NCBI GenBank assembly: GCA_965198175.1
Contig: OZ240245.1
Location: forward strand, 1,920,001-1,984,000
Reading direction: 5' to 3'
DNA length: 64,000 nt
Source: Candidatus Poribacteria bacterium
Lineage (GTDB): Bacteria; Poribacteria; WGA-4E; PCPOR2b
Shown: positions 39,156-48,284 of the stretch, in pieces
Position numbering within the stretch: position 1 is the first letter of the stretch
Layout: every line of letters starts with the position of its first letter
The notes under the pieces: model-generated
The model's database searches: none
The model's input: only the letters and a program-made list of their open reading frames with translations
Told to the model about the DNA's origin: nothing
Program-made: the position numbers and the translations under genes

Positions 39156-39527
39156 ATGATTCGAAAAATTGCTACATCAGCAGTCTATGTGACCGATCAG
39201 GATGCAGCCGTCCAGTTTTGGGGGGAACAAGTCGGGTTTGAAATACGTCGAGATCTGCCCATGGGGTCCGAAGCGAGATGGATTGAAATGGCTCCGCCAG
39301 GTGCCGAGTCCTGCATCGTTATTTACCCAAAAAGCCTGATGGAAGATTGGGCTGAACGAAAGCCATCAATGGTGTTTGAATGCGAGGATATAGAACAAAC
39401 TCACAGGGAAATGGCTGGGCGGCGTGTAGAATTTTCACAAGCTCCTAAGGAAATGCCTTGGGGTGCGTTTGCCATCTTTTTGGACCCTGAAGGCAATTGG
39501 TATGGGTTACGGGAAAGGTCCAAATAA
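39156..39527 (+). CDS. VOC/glyoxalase family protein
   Basis: 'V-x-DQDAA-x-x-FW-x-x-x-VGF', 'MPWG-x-x-A-x-F-x-DPEGN'. Confidence 0.88.
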   Translation: MIRKIATSAVYVTDQDAAVQFWGEQVGFEIRRDLPMGSEARWIEMAPPGAESCIVIYPKSLMEDWAERKPSMVFECEDIEQTHREMAGRRVEFSQAPKEMPWGAFAIFLDPEGNWYGLRERSK

Positions 39528-39574
39528 ACCACCCTACTTTCACTTGCACTTTTGAAATCTGCGGCGCCGTATTC

Positions 39575-42406
39575 TCACTTTGCCGACATCCAATTGTCTC
39601 CAATCCCTACCTCCGTCCGAAGGGGAACTCGCAACGCCATCGCACCCTCCATCTCCTCACGCACAACGGCTGCGTGTGTCTCAGCGAACGATTCAGGTGT
39701 TTCATATACCAATTCGTCGTGGATCTGGAGCAACAGTTTCAACGGCAAACCGTCTTGATCAATCCGGCGCTGCACGTTCACCATTGCCGCTTTGATTAGG
39801 TCTGCCGCGCTGCCCTGAACCACGGTGTTGAACGCTAACCGCTCACCTTGACTCTGACGGTTCCGATTCGGCGAGTGAATCTCCGGGATAGCGCGTCGCC
39901 GCCCGGTGAGCGTGAAAACATATCCGTGTTCCAAAGCCTGTTGGATACAACGGTGCAAAAAAATCTCGATTCCCGGAAAGCGTTGCTTATAGTCGTTAAT
40001 CAACGCCGTTGCAGTTTTCACGTTCATGCCCTTAATCCGCCGGGCGAGCCCAAATGGGGACACCCCATAAATAATTCCGAAGTTGATTGTCTTAGCACGG
40101 TCGCGTTGTTCACGAGTCACACTTTCAATCGGGACACCGAACACCTGCGAAGCCACGGACGTGTGGATGTCGAGCCCTCGCTCAAACATCTCGATTAAAC
40201 CGGGGTCCTCACTGAAGTGGGCGAGTAGGCGGAGTTCAATCTGCGAGTAGTCGGCGCAGATGAGTTTGTTGCCTTCCGGGGCCTTGAACGCCTTACGAAG
40301 TTGGCGTCCTACGTCTGTCCGCACCGGGATATTCTGAAGGTTTGGTCCGTGCGATGCCAACCGCCCTGTGGCGGTGGTGAGTTGATGGAATGTGGCGTGA
40401 ATGCGCCCCGTCTTCTTGTTCACCGCGTTCCGCAATTGATCGAGGTAAGTGCTTGTCAATTTGGTCAGTTGGCGATACTCGATGATAAGGCGCGGCACGG
40501 TCGTGTGTGGCTGATTCAAGTCCTCCTGCGCGGTCAGTCGTTCCAGCACGGTCACATCCGTTCCCCATCGACCGCTCTTCGTCTTTTTCACTGGCTCGAA
40601 GCCCAGCTTGTTGAAGAGCACCTCTCCAAGCTGCTGTGTGGACTCCAGATGGAATTCGCCGCCGGCAAGCTCCCAAATTTCCCCACGGAGTGCGTCGATT
40701 CGCTCGTTGATAACCTCGCCCTGTCGTGCCAACTCCTCTGGATCGCATACGACGCCGTTGAACTCAATCTCGGCAATAATCGGCGCGAGTGGGGATTCAA
40801 TGTCCCGCACAAGGGCGGTAATGCCCATCGCCTCCAACTTGGGTAGCAGGTGATGATATAAGCGAAGCACGATGTCAGTGTCCTCCGATGCATAGGTCGT
40901 AACCTGTGCCAGCGGAATTGTGTCGATAGCTCTCTCTTCCTCGCTCTCCCCAATCAGGTCAGCGATGGGAATCATCTTGTAGTTCAGGTGGAGTAGGGCG
41001 ACGGTATCGAGCCGGTGCCCCGGTTGTTCCGGATCGATCAAAAGGCTGGCGAGCATCGTATCGAGCACTACGCCGCGTAGCTTTGCACCGTTTCGCAACA
41101 GCACATGCGAATCAAACTTCAGGTTATGACCACACTTGGGAAGATTGTTGTCCTCCAAAATCGGTTTCAGGGCTGTTAAGATAGTTTCAGCATCAAGGTG
41201 TTCGCTCGGATTTGGAGAACGAATGGGGACGTAAACGCCGTGCCCGGGCTTCCATGAGAAGCTCAAACCGCAGAGTGCTGCGTCTCGCGCTAAACTGGTC
41301 GTCTCCGTATCAACGCTGATAATCGGCTGAACACGGAGTGTCGCCACAAGCTCCTCTAGCTGCCCCGGTGTCGTGATTGCGGTGTAGTCGCTCGTGCTAG
41401 CGGTTCCGTACTCGCCTTTTTCCAGAATCGCTGTCGTTTGCTCCTCCAAAACTGCGACTCGCTCCTTTCTTGTTGTGGAGGTGGGAGCTTTTGGGGAAAC
41501 TAAGACTTCGGTGCCGGCCGTAAGTTGCTCCAGTTCTTTCCGATATCGATTAAAGCCCAACTGCTCAAACAGCAGCAGAAGTTTCTGGCGGTCAATTGAG
41601 TCAACTCGCGCTTGCTCCAGTGAAAACGGGAAATCGGCATCGCGCTTCAGCGTCACAAGGGTACGCGAAAGGGGCAGATGAGCACGCGCCTTTTCTAGAT
41701 TTTCCCGGCGTTTGCCCTTAATCTTGTCGATATTCGAAAAGATGCCGTCAATTGATCCAAAGTCTTGTATCAACTTGGCAGCGGTTTTGGGTCCAATGCC
41801 CTCAACACCTGGTACGTTGTCCACCTTATCGCCCATCAACGCGAGCATATCAACAACCTGCGCCGGTGTGATACCTTTATCCTTTTGAAGCGATTCCACA
41901 TCAATTGTCTCGTCGGTATGGATATCAAACATCGTAACGCGGTCGCCGAGAAGCTGCTCAAGATCTTTGTCTTTGGAGACGATGCGGATTCGGAGGTCGT
42001 CGCGCGAAGGATCATCGTGGATGCGCTGGGTAATCGTAGCGATGACATCGTCCGCTTCTAGTCCCGGCACACCGATGATAGGGATGCCAAAAAGGTCGGT
42101 TACCTCCTGTATACGAGGAATCTGTGCGATCAGATCGTCCGGGGTGGTTTCACGTGTGCCTTTGTACTCGTCATAGAGGTCATCGCGAAACGTCTTCCCC
42201 GGCATATCCATCGCCGCTACGACATAGTTTGGGCGAAACTGAGAGAGGAGTTTGATTAACATGCCCGTGAAGCCGAAGACAGCGTGGGTCGGTTCCCCGG
42301 TAACAGAGCTGCGCAATCCGCCACGAATGGCGAAGTACGCACGGAAAATCTGGGCGTGTCCATCAATTAGATATAAAGTTTCAACCGGTTCATGTTCCGA
42401 TTCCAT
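39575..42406 (-). CDS. polA: DNA polymerase I
   Basis: 5'-3' exonuclease (LIDG, EADD, DKD), 3'-5' exonuclease (DTET), polymerase motifs DYSQIELR, 'RAKTINFGIIYG', 'QIHDEL'. Confidence 0.97.
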   Translation of the reverse strand: MESEHEPVETLYLIDGHAQIFRAYFAIRGGLRSSVTGEPTHAVFGFTGMLIKLLSQFRPNYVVAAMDMPGKTFRDDLYDEYKGTRETTPDDLIAQIPRIQEVTDLFGIPIIGVPGLEADDVIATITQRIHDDPSRDDLRIRIVSKDKDLEQLLGDRVTMFDIHTDETIDVESLQKDKGITPAQVVDMLALMGDKVDNVPGVEGIGPKTAAKLIQDFGSIDGIFSNIDKIKGKRRENLEKARAHLPLSRTLVTLKRDADFPFSLEQARVDSIDRQKLLLLFEQLGFNRYRKELEQLTAGTEVLVSPKAPTSTTRKERVAVLEEQTTAILEKGEYGTASTSDYTAITTPGQLEELVATLRVQPIISVDTETTSLARDAALCGLSFSWKPGHGVYVPIRSPNPSEHLDAETILTALKPILEDNNLPKCGHNLKFDSHVLLRNGAKLRGVVLDTMLASLLIDPEQPGHRLDTVALLHLNYKMIPIADLIGESEEERAIDTIPLAQVTTYASEDTDIVLRLYHHLLPKLEAMGITALVRDIESPLAPIIAEIEFNGVVCDPEELARQGEVINERIDALRGEIWELAGGEFHLESTQQLGEVLFNKLGFEPVKKTKSGRWGTDVTVLERLTAQEDLNQPHTTVPRLIIEYRQLTKLTSTYLDQLRNAVNKKTGRIHATFHQLTTATGRLASHGPNLQNIPVRTDVGRQLRKAFKAPEGNKLICADYSQIELRLLAHFSEDPGLIEMFERGLDIHTSVASQVFGVPIESVTREQRDRAKTINFGIIYGVSPFGLARRIKGMNVKTATALINDYKQRFPGIEIFLHRCIQQALEHGYVFTLTGRRRAIPEIHSPNRNRQSQGERLAFNTVVQGSAADLIKAAMVNVQRRIDQDGLPLKLLLQIHDELVYETPESFAETHAAVVREEMEGAMALRVPLRTEVGIGDNWMSAK

Positions 42407-42703
42407 ATTCGTCTCCTTCAGTAACTCTAACCATAGCGCTTTTCACAGCCTTTTCGATTGGGGATTATTTTACACTGTGCTATAATCTGCATAAGGCTTG
42501 GATAATCGAGGTGAGCGAAGAGTCCATCCGCTCAGAAGCCCGCCAAGGGGTCCAAAGAAGAGTGAATCAATACCATCTTCTGCCCAAACGGTATTTTAAC
42601 CGAATTCCCTCTATTATGCAACCCACAACTTCCCTGTTCCGAGCATTCAACACCGATGAACGAGAGAACTCTGACAATGTACTAGGTGTACGCTAAATGC
42701 TTA

Positions 42704-42922
42704 ATGAAGAACGAAACCCAAAAAGCCGTACTAGATAACTTCTTTTCTGAGAATGATGATGTGCGCGTGGGCAAAATGTTCGGCTATCCCGCATATTACA
42801 TAGGTCGTTCGATGTTTGCCTGCCTTTATGAAGGAAAGGTGGGGCTAAAGCTACCTGAAGCGTCGGCGAATGAAGCGAGAGGGATCAAACGAACGAATAG
42901 TGAGTGCGATAGTCTTCACTAA
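42704..42922 (+). pseudogene. TfoX/Sxy N-terminal-like fragment
   Basis: 'GKMFGYPAYYIGRSMFACLY...GLKLP' followed by an apparently truncated C-terminus. Confidence 0.5.
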
Positions 42923-43016
42923 TTTCGGGCGTTCCCAATCCTGTTTTTTCGCATCAAATTGTGCAATTTTCAGTTGCAGTACCTAAAATTTAGGGACTGA
43001 ACCGCAAAGTCGAAAC

Positions 43017-43049
43017 AAAAAAAGGTCTGCGGAACGAATGGCAGACCCT
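43017..43049 (-). terminator. Rho-independent terminator after the cytochrome gene
   Basis: GGTCTGC/GCAGACC stem with an A-run on +, i.e. a U-tail on the minus strand. Confidence 0.55.
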
Positions 43050-43080
43050 CTTCCTATGGACAGTATGTAAATCTTCAGAC

Positions 43081-43632
43081 TCAAGGGAGCTGAACGAAAA
43101 CACTGTCTTTACCCGGCACGGCTTCATCATTTACTTTGCTGTGGCATGCGTGGCATCCGACGCCTCTTTTTCCATTGATGTCGCCAGCAACGCCGATGAA
43201 CGCGGCATCCGCTGAATCGCGCTGATACTGAATGTACTTCCAGTCGTTGTGGTCAGCGTACATCGTATCGTCTACCTTCCACATGACCGCGACACGCCGA
43301 ACGAAGCTGTTAGCGTCATCCATGATCTCTTTGACAATCGTGGTTCCGCTTTGATAGGATTGCTCGCTCGTGTCTTCCAGGGTGTCGACGCCCGTTGGGT
43401 TGATATAGACGGTTCTAGTTCCCAGTCCGTGTGCGCTGCCACTTTCCTGCGGCACTTCAAATTCCGCGGGCGGCGCGGCAAGCTCAACAGCTCTCCAGGA
43501 CTCGTACCCGGCTATGTCTGACGGTAGTCCTTCTGCCAGCATTTCTTCCTCATCGTCCTCCGAATCGCCACAAGCAACGAAAACAACGCATCCAATCAAG
43601 ATCGCAATCAGTGCACTTTGTCGATTTAGCAT
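43081..43632 (-). CDS. Cytochrome P460-family lipoprotein
   Basis: Lipobox FVAC, 'RTVYIN', 'GTTIVKE', 'DWKY', C-terminal CxxCH (CHACH). Confidence 0.75.
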   Translation of the reverse strand: MLNRQSALIAILIGCVVFVACGDSEDDEEEMLAEGLPSDIAGYESWRAVELAAPPAEFEVPQESGSAHGLGTRTVYINPTGVDTLEDTSEQSYQSGTTIVKEIMDDANSFVRRVAVMWKVDDTMYADHNDWKYIQYQRDSADAAFIGVAGDINGKRGVGCHACHSKVNDEAVPGKDSVFVQLP

Positions 43633-43821
43633 CTCGAATCCTCCTTCCTGTTTTTTTTTGACGTAACGTCCTCGTTGTTGTCAATCTGCTCAAGTAGGTT
43701 GAACTCTTAACTGTCACAGTTGTCAACCTTTGTGGATTCTGTAGAGCAGAACCAAGCCATTTTTAATTTAGATTCGCAATCCGTAGATTGAGGCTTGGCT
43801 ATTTCTTGACAAACGGCGAAT

Positions 43822-43850
43822 AGTATACATTATGAGTTTGTTGAAGTCAA
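43822..43850 (-). promoter_or_regulatory. Sigma70-like promoter
   Basis: Minus strand TTGACT-17 nt-TATACT. Confidence 0.55.
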
Positions 43851-43966
43851 CCGCAAATCTATTCACTAATTTCAACCGTTTACCCAACCATGCGTCCCGG
43901 AGGAGCCCCTCGTGCGGACGTACCAGCCCCCAGAATCCCGCAGTTGCCGCATCTCTAACAAGCCCC

Positions 43967-43996
43967 TTGACGGAACCTCTACTGTGAGACTATAAT
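43967..43996 (+). promoter_or_regulatory. Sigma70-like promoter
   Basis: TTGACG-18 nt-TATAAT upstream of the GIY-YIG gene. Confidence 0.55.
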
Positions 43997-44101
43997 TATC
44001 CGCAGGTTCTGAATTGGACGATCGCATCCGATTTCAGAAATGAGCGCAACAGGAATATGCAGAAGATATTAAGTCTAAAATCAACCTATGGAGTAACACC
44101 T

Positions 44102-44947
44102 ATGGCAGACCAATTCGGTATTCTCGATCTTCTGACCCTTCGTGGTTTCGATCCGCACTGCGAATCCAAACTCGTTCGACACCAAGACAATGACGGCACG
44201 CTTATCAACGAAGGCTGGCTTGACCGCTACCAAACTCTTCAAAGCAAGCCTGTCTTTCGCGACTGCGACTTCATCGTCGCGTTAATTGGAGATGGTGGTA
44301 CGCGTGCAAGGTTTCATGGCGTTTACCGCGTCCTTGAAGAACGTGCAGCAACTCCGGACGACATTCCGGCGGATTCCCCAATCGCGGAGTGGAATTATCA
44401 GGATCTCTATTACTACGAACTCGAACATCAATCACAATACGTTGACTTCAAAGGGCGCGTCGTAATCGAGTGGGGTGCGGGTGCATTAGCATGGCATCAA
44501 TACATGTCAAACAAACCTGTTATTGAGATATTTCCGCCCGGTAGAGCACTGCAGCCGTTCTCCGATTATCTGGATTTCACGCTGTCGTACCGAGAGCTGC
44601 AAGAACTTATGGCGAATCCGGCTGCTCACAGAGATTGGCAATCTAGCCTTTCGGCGGTGGCGGGCATCTACTTAATCCTCGCTGAAACAACCGGTGAGCA
44701 ATATGTTGGTTCAGCGTACGGTCTCTCTGGAATTTGGGGGCGTTGGCAGCAGTATGCCACGAATGGACATGGAGGTAACAAACTACTTGAGCACATCGTT
44801 AAAGACGATGTGGCGTATCCGAACGCTTTCCGGTATTCTGTTCTTCAGGTCCTGCCCAAAAGCACAAAAGACGCTGAGGTCATTCGCTGGGAATCACAAT
44901 ACAAAGTGAAACTTGGCAGCCGAGCAACAGGGCTCAACGCCAACTGA
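44102..44947 (+). CDS. GIY-YIG nuclease family protein
   Basis: 'AGIYLI...YVGSAYG-x-x-GIWGRW', 'E-x-x-YK-x-KLGSR-x-x-GLN-x-N'; N-terminal 'KLVRH'. Confidence 0.88.
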   Translation: MADQFGILDLLTLRGFDPHCESKLVRHQDNDGTLINEGWLDRYQTLQSKPVFRDCDFIVALIGDGGTRARFHGVYRVLEERAATPDDIPADSPIAEWNYQDLYYYELEHQSQYVDFKGRVVIEWGAGALAWHQYMSNKPVIEIFPPGRALQPFSDYLDFTLSYRELQELMANPAAHRDWQSSLSAVAGIYLILAETTGEQYVGSAYGLSGIWGRWQQYATNGHGGNKLLEHIVKDDVAYPNAFRYSVLQVLPKSTKDAEVIRWESQYKVKLGSRATGLNAN

Positions 44948-45057
44948 ACCACTCCATTACAAATCGCCTAACACAAGTACGTAGATTGAGTTGAACGGAT
45001 ATCCATGGAGCAACGCCACATAGACCGAGGGACTCAAGAGAACCCCAACGCCTCTTG

Positions 45058-45095
45058 ACGTGGAAGCCGCCTCATCACGTGGAAGCCGCCTCATC
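45058..45095 (+). repeat. Exact 19-bp tandem duplication
   Basis: ACGTGGAAGCCGCCTCATC x2. Confidence 0.85.
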
Positions 45096-45295
45096 ACTCC
45101 CCCTGAAAAGCTTGCTATTACCCGCATCTCAATAAGAGCGTGTCATGTTTTCCTAGGAACAGCGATTTTTCGCAAATATCCACATACCGCTCCGCTGGCG
45201 CGGGTGAATCGGGCATGTCTTGACTATAGACATTGCACCCCGCTTGAGTGCAAGACATTATTGCCTATGTGCGGGTAATGCGGTTAGAAGGATTT

Positions 45296-45360
45296 CGCTC
45301 CAGCGGAGCGACATGTCTATAGAAATGGCATTTACAATCCTCTTCCGCTCCAGCGGAGCG
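45296..45360 (+). repeat. Two direct copies of a 15-bp palindrome (REP-like)
   Basis: CGCTCCAGCGGAGCG at 45296 and 45346 (50-bp period). Confidence 0.75.
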
Positions 45361-45414
45361 GTATGTTTCTGACACAATTATAAACCCGATAAAACAAGAA
45401 GGGACAAAAAAGTC

Positions 45415-46626
45415 ATGTTCACAAAGTCAGCCGCAGACATCACATTTTCGGACATTGAGGAGTTCTGCCGAGAGTTCGGCGAAGGTGGTCGGGTGGAATA
45501 CAAACGAGAGATTGAGGTCAAAAAGCACATCCCTAAAATCGTTTCGTCTTTCTCGAACACATTCGGCGGGTTTTTTGTTATTGGTGCAGATACCGATGAA
45601 GAGAATAAAGTCATATTTCCCATTCCGGGTATACCTAAGAGAGCCGGAATTGAGGAGCAAATCCAGCAGAGCGCACTCACCGGCATTTATCCCGCAGTCG
45701 TCCCTGAGATAATAATTCGTGATGTTCCGAACACTGACAATGTCGTTGTCATCGTTCGGGTTGATGAGAGCGTACAAGCCCCCCATGCAATTCAAAATTC
45801 TACGAGAGTCTACATCCGTACCGGTAGCATAACCCAACCGTATGAGCTTGCAGAGGTTGACCGTATCGAATACATGTTGAAACGCCGTGAGGATTCGCAG
45901 CAAGTCACACGTCAAATTCGTGATCGGACTAAGGAAAGAATAGAATCTCTGTTTGAGACGAATGAACCGAACCTCACAGTAGTTGCCCGTCCTGTATTTC
46001 CCTATCGCCCAATTATTTCAACTCGAGATATTTTTGATTTTGAAAGTCATAATGAATTTTCGCTGAAGTCTTACTCATCAAGGATTGTGGGGGGGATTTA
46101 TGTTTTAACGGATAAAGGCCTAGACTCGAAAGGTTACTGGGAATTGAATGAATATGGGATTGTCTATCATTGGGCTAGCTTACCCAGGATGCCATCAAGG
46201 TCTGCTAACACTGAAAAGCGAGAACCTCTTGACTTTCAGCATTTTGTTTCTACGATTGGTGAGTTGATTAAAAAATCACGATCTTTTTACGAAAAGTGTG
46301 AGTACTCAGGAAATATTGAGATTACAGCCCATTTGCGACAGGTTTTTAACGAAAAACTTAGCGTTTCTGCATTCGAACACCCTAATACGGTGGGATTGTC
46401 TGCTGATGCGGAAGTTTTAGCCGCTACGCAATGTCTTCCGCGCGACCTTTCGGAAAGAGAAAAATTCCTAGCGGTTGTTGATGAGTTCGCAAGTCAACTG
46501 CTCTGGGCATTTAATATTGGCGACCCCATTGAGGATACTGCCGCAAAAAGAAGAGAATTGGTAGAACGTATTTTGGAGACTGCGGGGCTAATTGACAGAA
46601 TCATGATAACAAATGAGAACGGATGA
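45415..46626 (+). CDS. Schlafen/AlbA_2-domain protein
   Basis: 'EG-x-RVEYKRE', 'SSFSNTFGGFFVIG', 'PH...VYIRTGS' plus an uncharacterised C-terminal region. Confidence 0.82.
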   Translation: MFTKSAADITFSDIEEFCREFGEGGRVEYKREIEVKKHIPKIVSSFSNTFGGFFVIGADTDEENKVIFPIPGIPKRAGIEEQIQQSALTGIYPAVVPEIIIRDVPNTDNVVVIVRVDESVQAPHAIQNSTRVYIRTGSITQPYELAEVDRIEYMLKRREDSQQVTRQIRDRTKERIESLFETNEPNLTVVARPVFPYRPIISTRDIFDFESHNEFSLKSYSSRIVGGIYVLTDKGLDSKGYWELNEYGIVYHWASLPRMPSRSANTEKREPLDFQHFVSTIGELIKKSRSFYEKCEYSGNIEITAHLRQVFNEKLSVSAFEHPNTVGLSADAEVLAATQCLPRDLSEREKFLAVVDEFASQLLWAFNIGDPIEDTAAKRRELVERILETAGLIDRIMITNENG

Positions 46627-46685
46627 AATGCATCTAGTAAATCCAGATTCAGACAGTTTGCGGTGATGATTTTGGGAGAGATGAT

Positions 46686-48011
46686 GTGATAGAGAAATTG
46701 CCCAACGGTTGGGCGACTAAGGAACTTAATGATGTTATTTTGGACATTATTGATTATCGTGGTAAAACGCCCAAAAAATTGGGCGGGCACTGGTCTAAAT
46801 CGGGCATTATTGCTCTCTCTGCGATGAATGTGAAACAAGGACAATTGGTAAAACTAGATAAGGCACAATATGTCAGTGTCGAATTATATCGAAAATGGAT
46901 GAAGTCAGAAGTTAGAGCGGGTGATATTTTGATGACCTCTGAAGCACCTCTCGGTGAAACTTACTTTGTAGCAGACGGGAGAAAAATCTGCTTGAGCCAG
47001 AGGCTATTTTGCATCCGAGCAAACCCTAACGTCATCCAGCCGCGCTTTCTTTTCTATTATTTCAACTCACCGTTCAGTCGGAAACAGGTTGAATTGAGAG
47101 CAACAGGAACAACTGTTTTGGGTATTCGCCAACCAGATCTTCGAGAAACACCGATAACTCTACCCCCACTCCCCACCCAACGCAAAATCGCCGCTGTCCT
47201 CAGTGCCTACGACGACCTCATCGAAAACAACACCTGCCGCATCAAAATTCTTGAAGACATGGCGGCTATTATCTACCGACAATGGTTCGTCGAATTCCGC
47301 TTTCCCGGACACGAAAACGTCCCAATGGTAGAGTCAGCGTTGGGCTTGATACCGCAAGGGTGGGCGGTAGGAATACTCGGAGATTTGGCGGAATCCGTTA
47401 GGCGAAATATCAAGCCAAGTGACATGAATCAGCAAACACCTTATTTCGGTTTAGAACACCTACCTCGGAAATCAATTGCCCTTTCAAATTGGAACTCTGT
47501 TGGTTCGATTAACAGTACAAAGTTGGGATTCAGAAGAGGTGAGATTCTTTTCGGTAAGATACGCCCGTATTTCCACAAAGTCGGTGTTGCTCCACTAGAC
47601 GGCATTTGTTCATCAGACACAATCGTGATACGTCCCAAAAGAAGCGAATATTTTGCGATAACCTTGTCCTACGTTTCCAGTGAGCACTTTATCGAATATG
47701 CAGCGATGACCTCACAAGGAACAAAGATGCCACGAGCAGATTGGAAAGTGCTGGAAAATTACCCACTTGTAATTCCACCAGACCAGATTGTCCAACGTTT
47801 CAGTGGTTTTGTTCGAGATGTAATCGACAAAATCCAGAATCTAATTTTTCGGAACAAGAACCTCCGCCAAACCCGAAATCTTCTCCTCCCCAAACTCGTT
47901 TCAGGGGAGATTGACGTATCCGAACTTGACATTAACACCGAAGGAATATTACCGCAAGCAAATGCGAACTCAAACCCTGTATCCGTTGACAGCACAACCG
48001 CGCACTCATAG
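46686..48011 (+). CDS. hsdS: Type I restriction-modification specificity subunit
   Basis: Two TRDs; 'LPPLPTQRKIAAVLSAYDDLIENN', 'WFVEFRFPG', 'RNLLLPKLVSGEIDV'. Confidence 0.92.
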   Translation: MIEKLPNGWATKELNDVILDIIDYRGKTPKKLGGHWSKSGIIALSAMNVKQGQLVKLDKAQYVSVELYRKWMKSEVRAGDILMTSEAPLGETYFVADGRKICLSQRLFCIRANPNVIQPRFLFYYFNSPFSRKQVELRATGTTVLGIRQPDLRETPITLPPLPTQRKIAAVLSAYDDLIENNTCRIKILEDMAAIIYRQWFVEFRFPGHENVPMVESALGLIPQGWAVGILGDLAESVRRNIKPSDMNQQTPYFGLEHLPRKSIALSNWNSVGSINSTKLGFRRGEILFGKIRPYFHKVGVAPLDGICSSDTIVIRPKRSEYFAITLSYVSSEHFIEYAAMTSQGTKMPRADWKVLENYPLVIPPDQIVQRFSGFVRDVIDKIQNLIFRNKNLRQTRNLLLPKLVSGEIDVSELDINTEGILPQANANSNPVSVDSTTAHS

Positions 48012-48054
48012 GTGGGACGATTGATATTACCGTTATGTCCCGTTGCTTGGAAAA

Positions 48055-48171
48055 ACTATGAAACTTTCATAGTAACATTTTTCCTAAAAGTCGGCTGAAC
48101 CCGCGCCCCATATAGGTTTACTGGTATTTTTCGTCCACTCCTTTTTGCAGTTTACTATGAAAACTATGAAA
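48055..48171. repeat. Four copies of the 9-mer ACTATGAAA (three direct, one inverted)
   Basis: 48055 (+), 48065 (-), 48154 (+), 48163 (+). Confidence 0.7.
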
Positions 48172-48284
48172 TTCTGTCACCAAAATCGCAGAGCGCTTCA
48201 CCGTTACGCTAAGTTCCCGATTTTGCCAAAAACTCGGCATGAATCAGGGACGGAAACATGTTGGGCGTCAATCTGAAGAGATGC

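Noticed and set aside
42478..42600. Possible sRNA after an extended -10 (TGCTATAAT) divergent from polA
   Set aside because: Only weak pairing, no terminator and no recognisable family.
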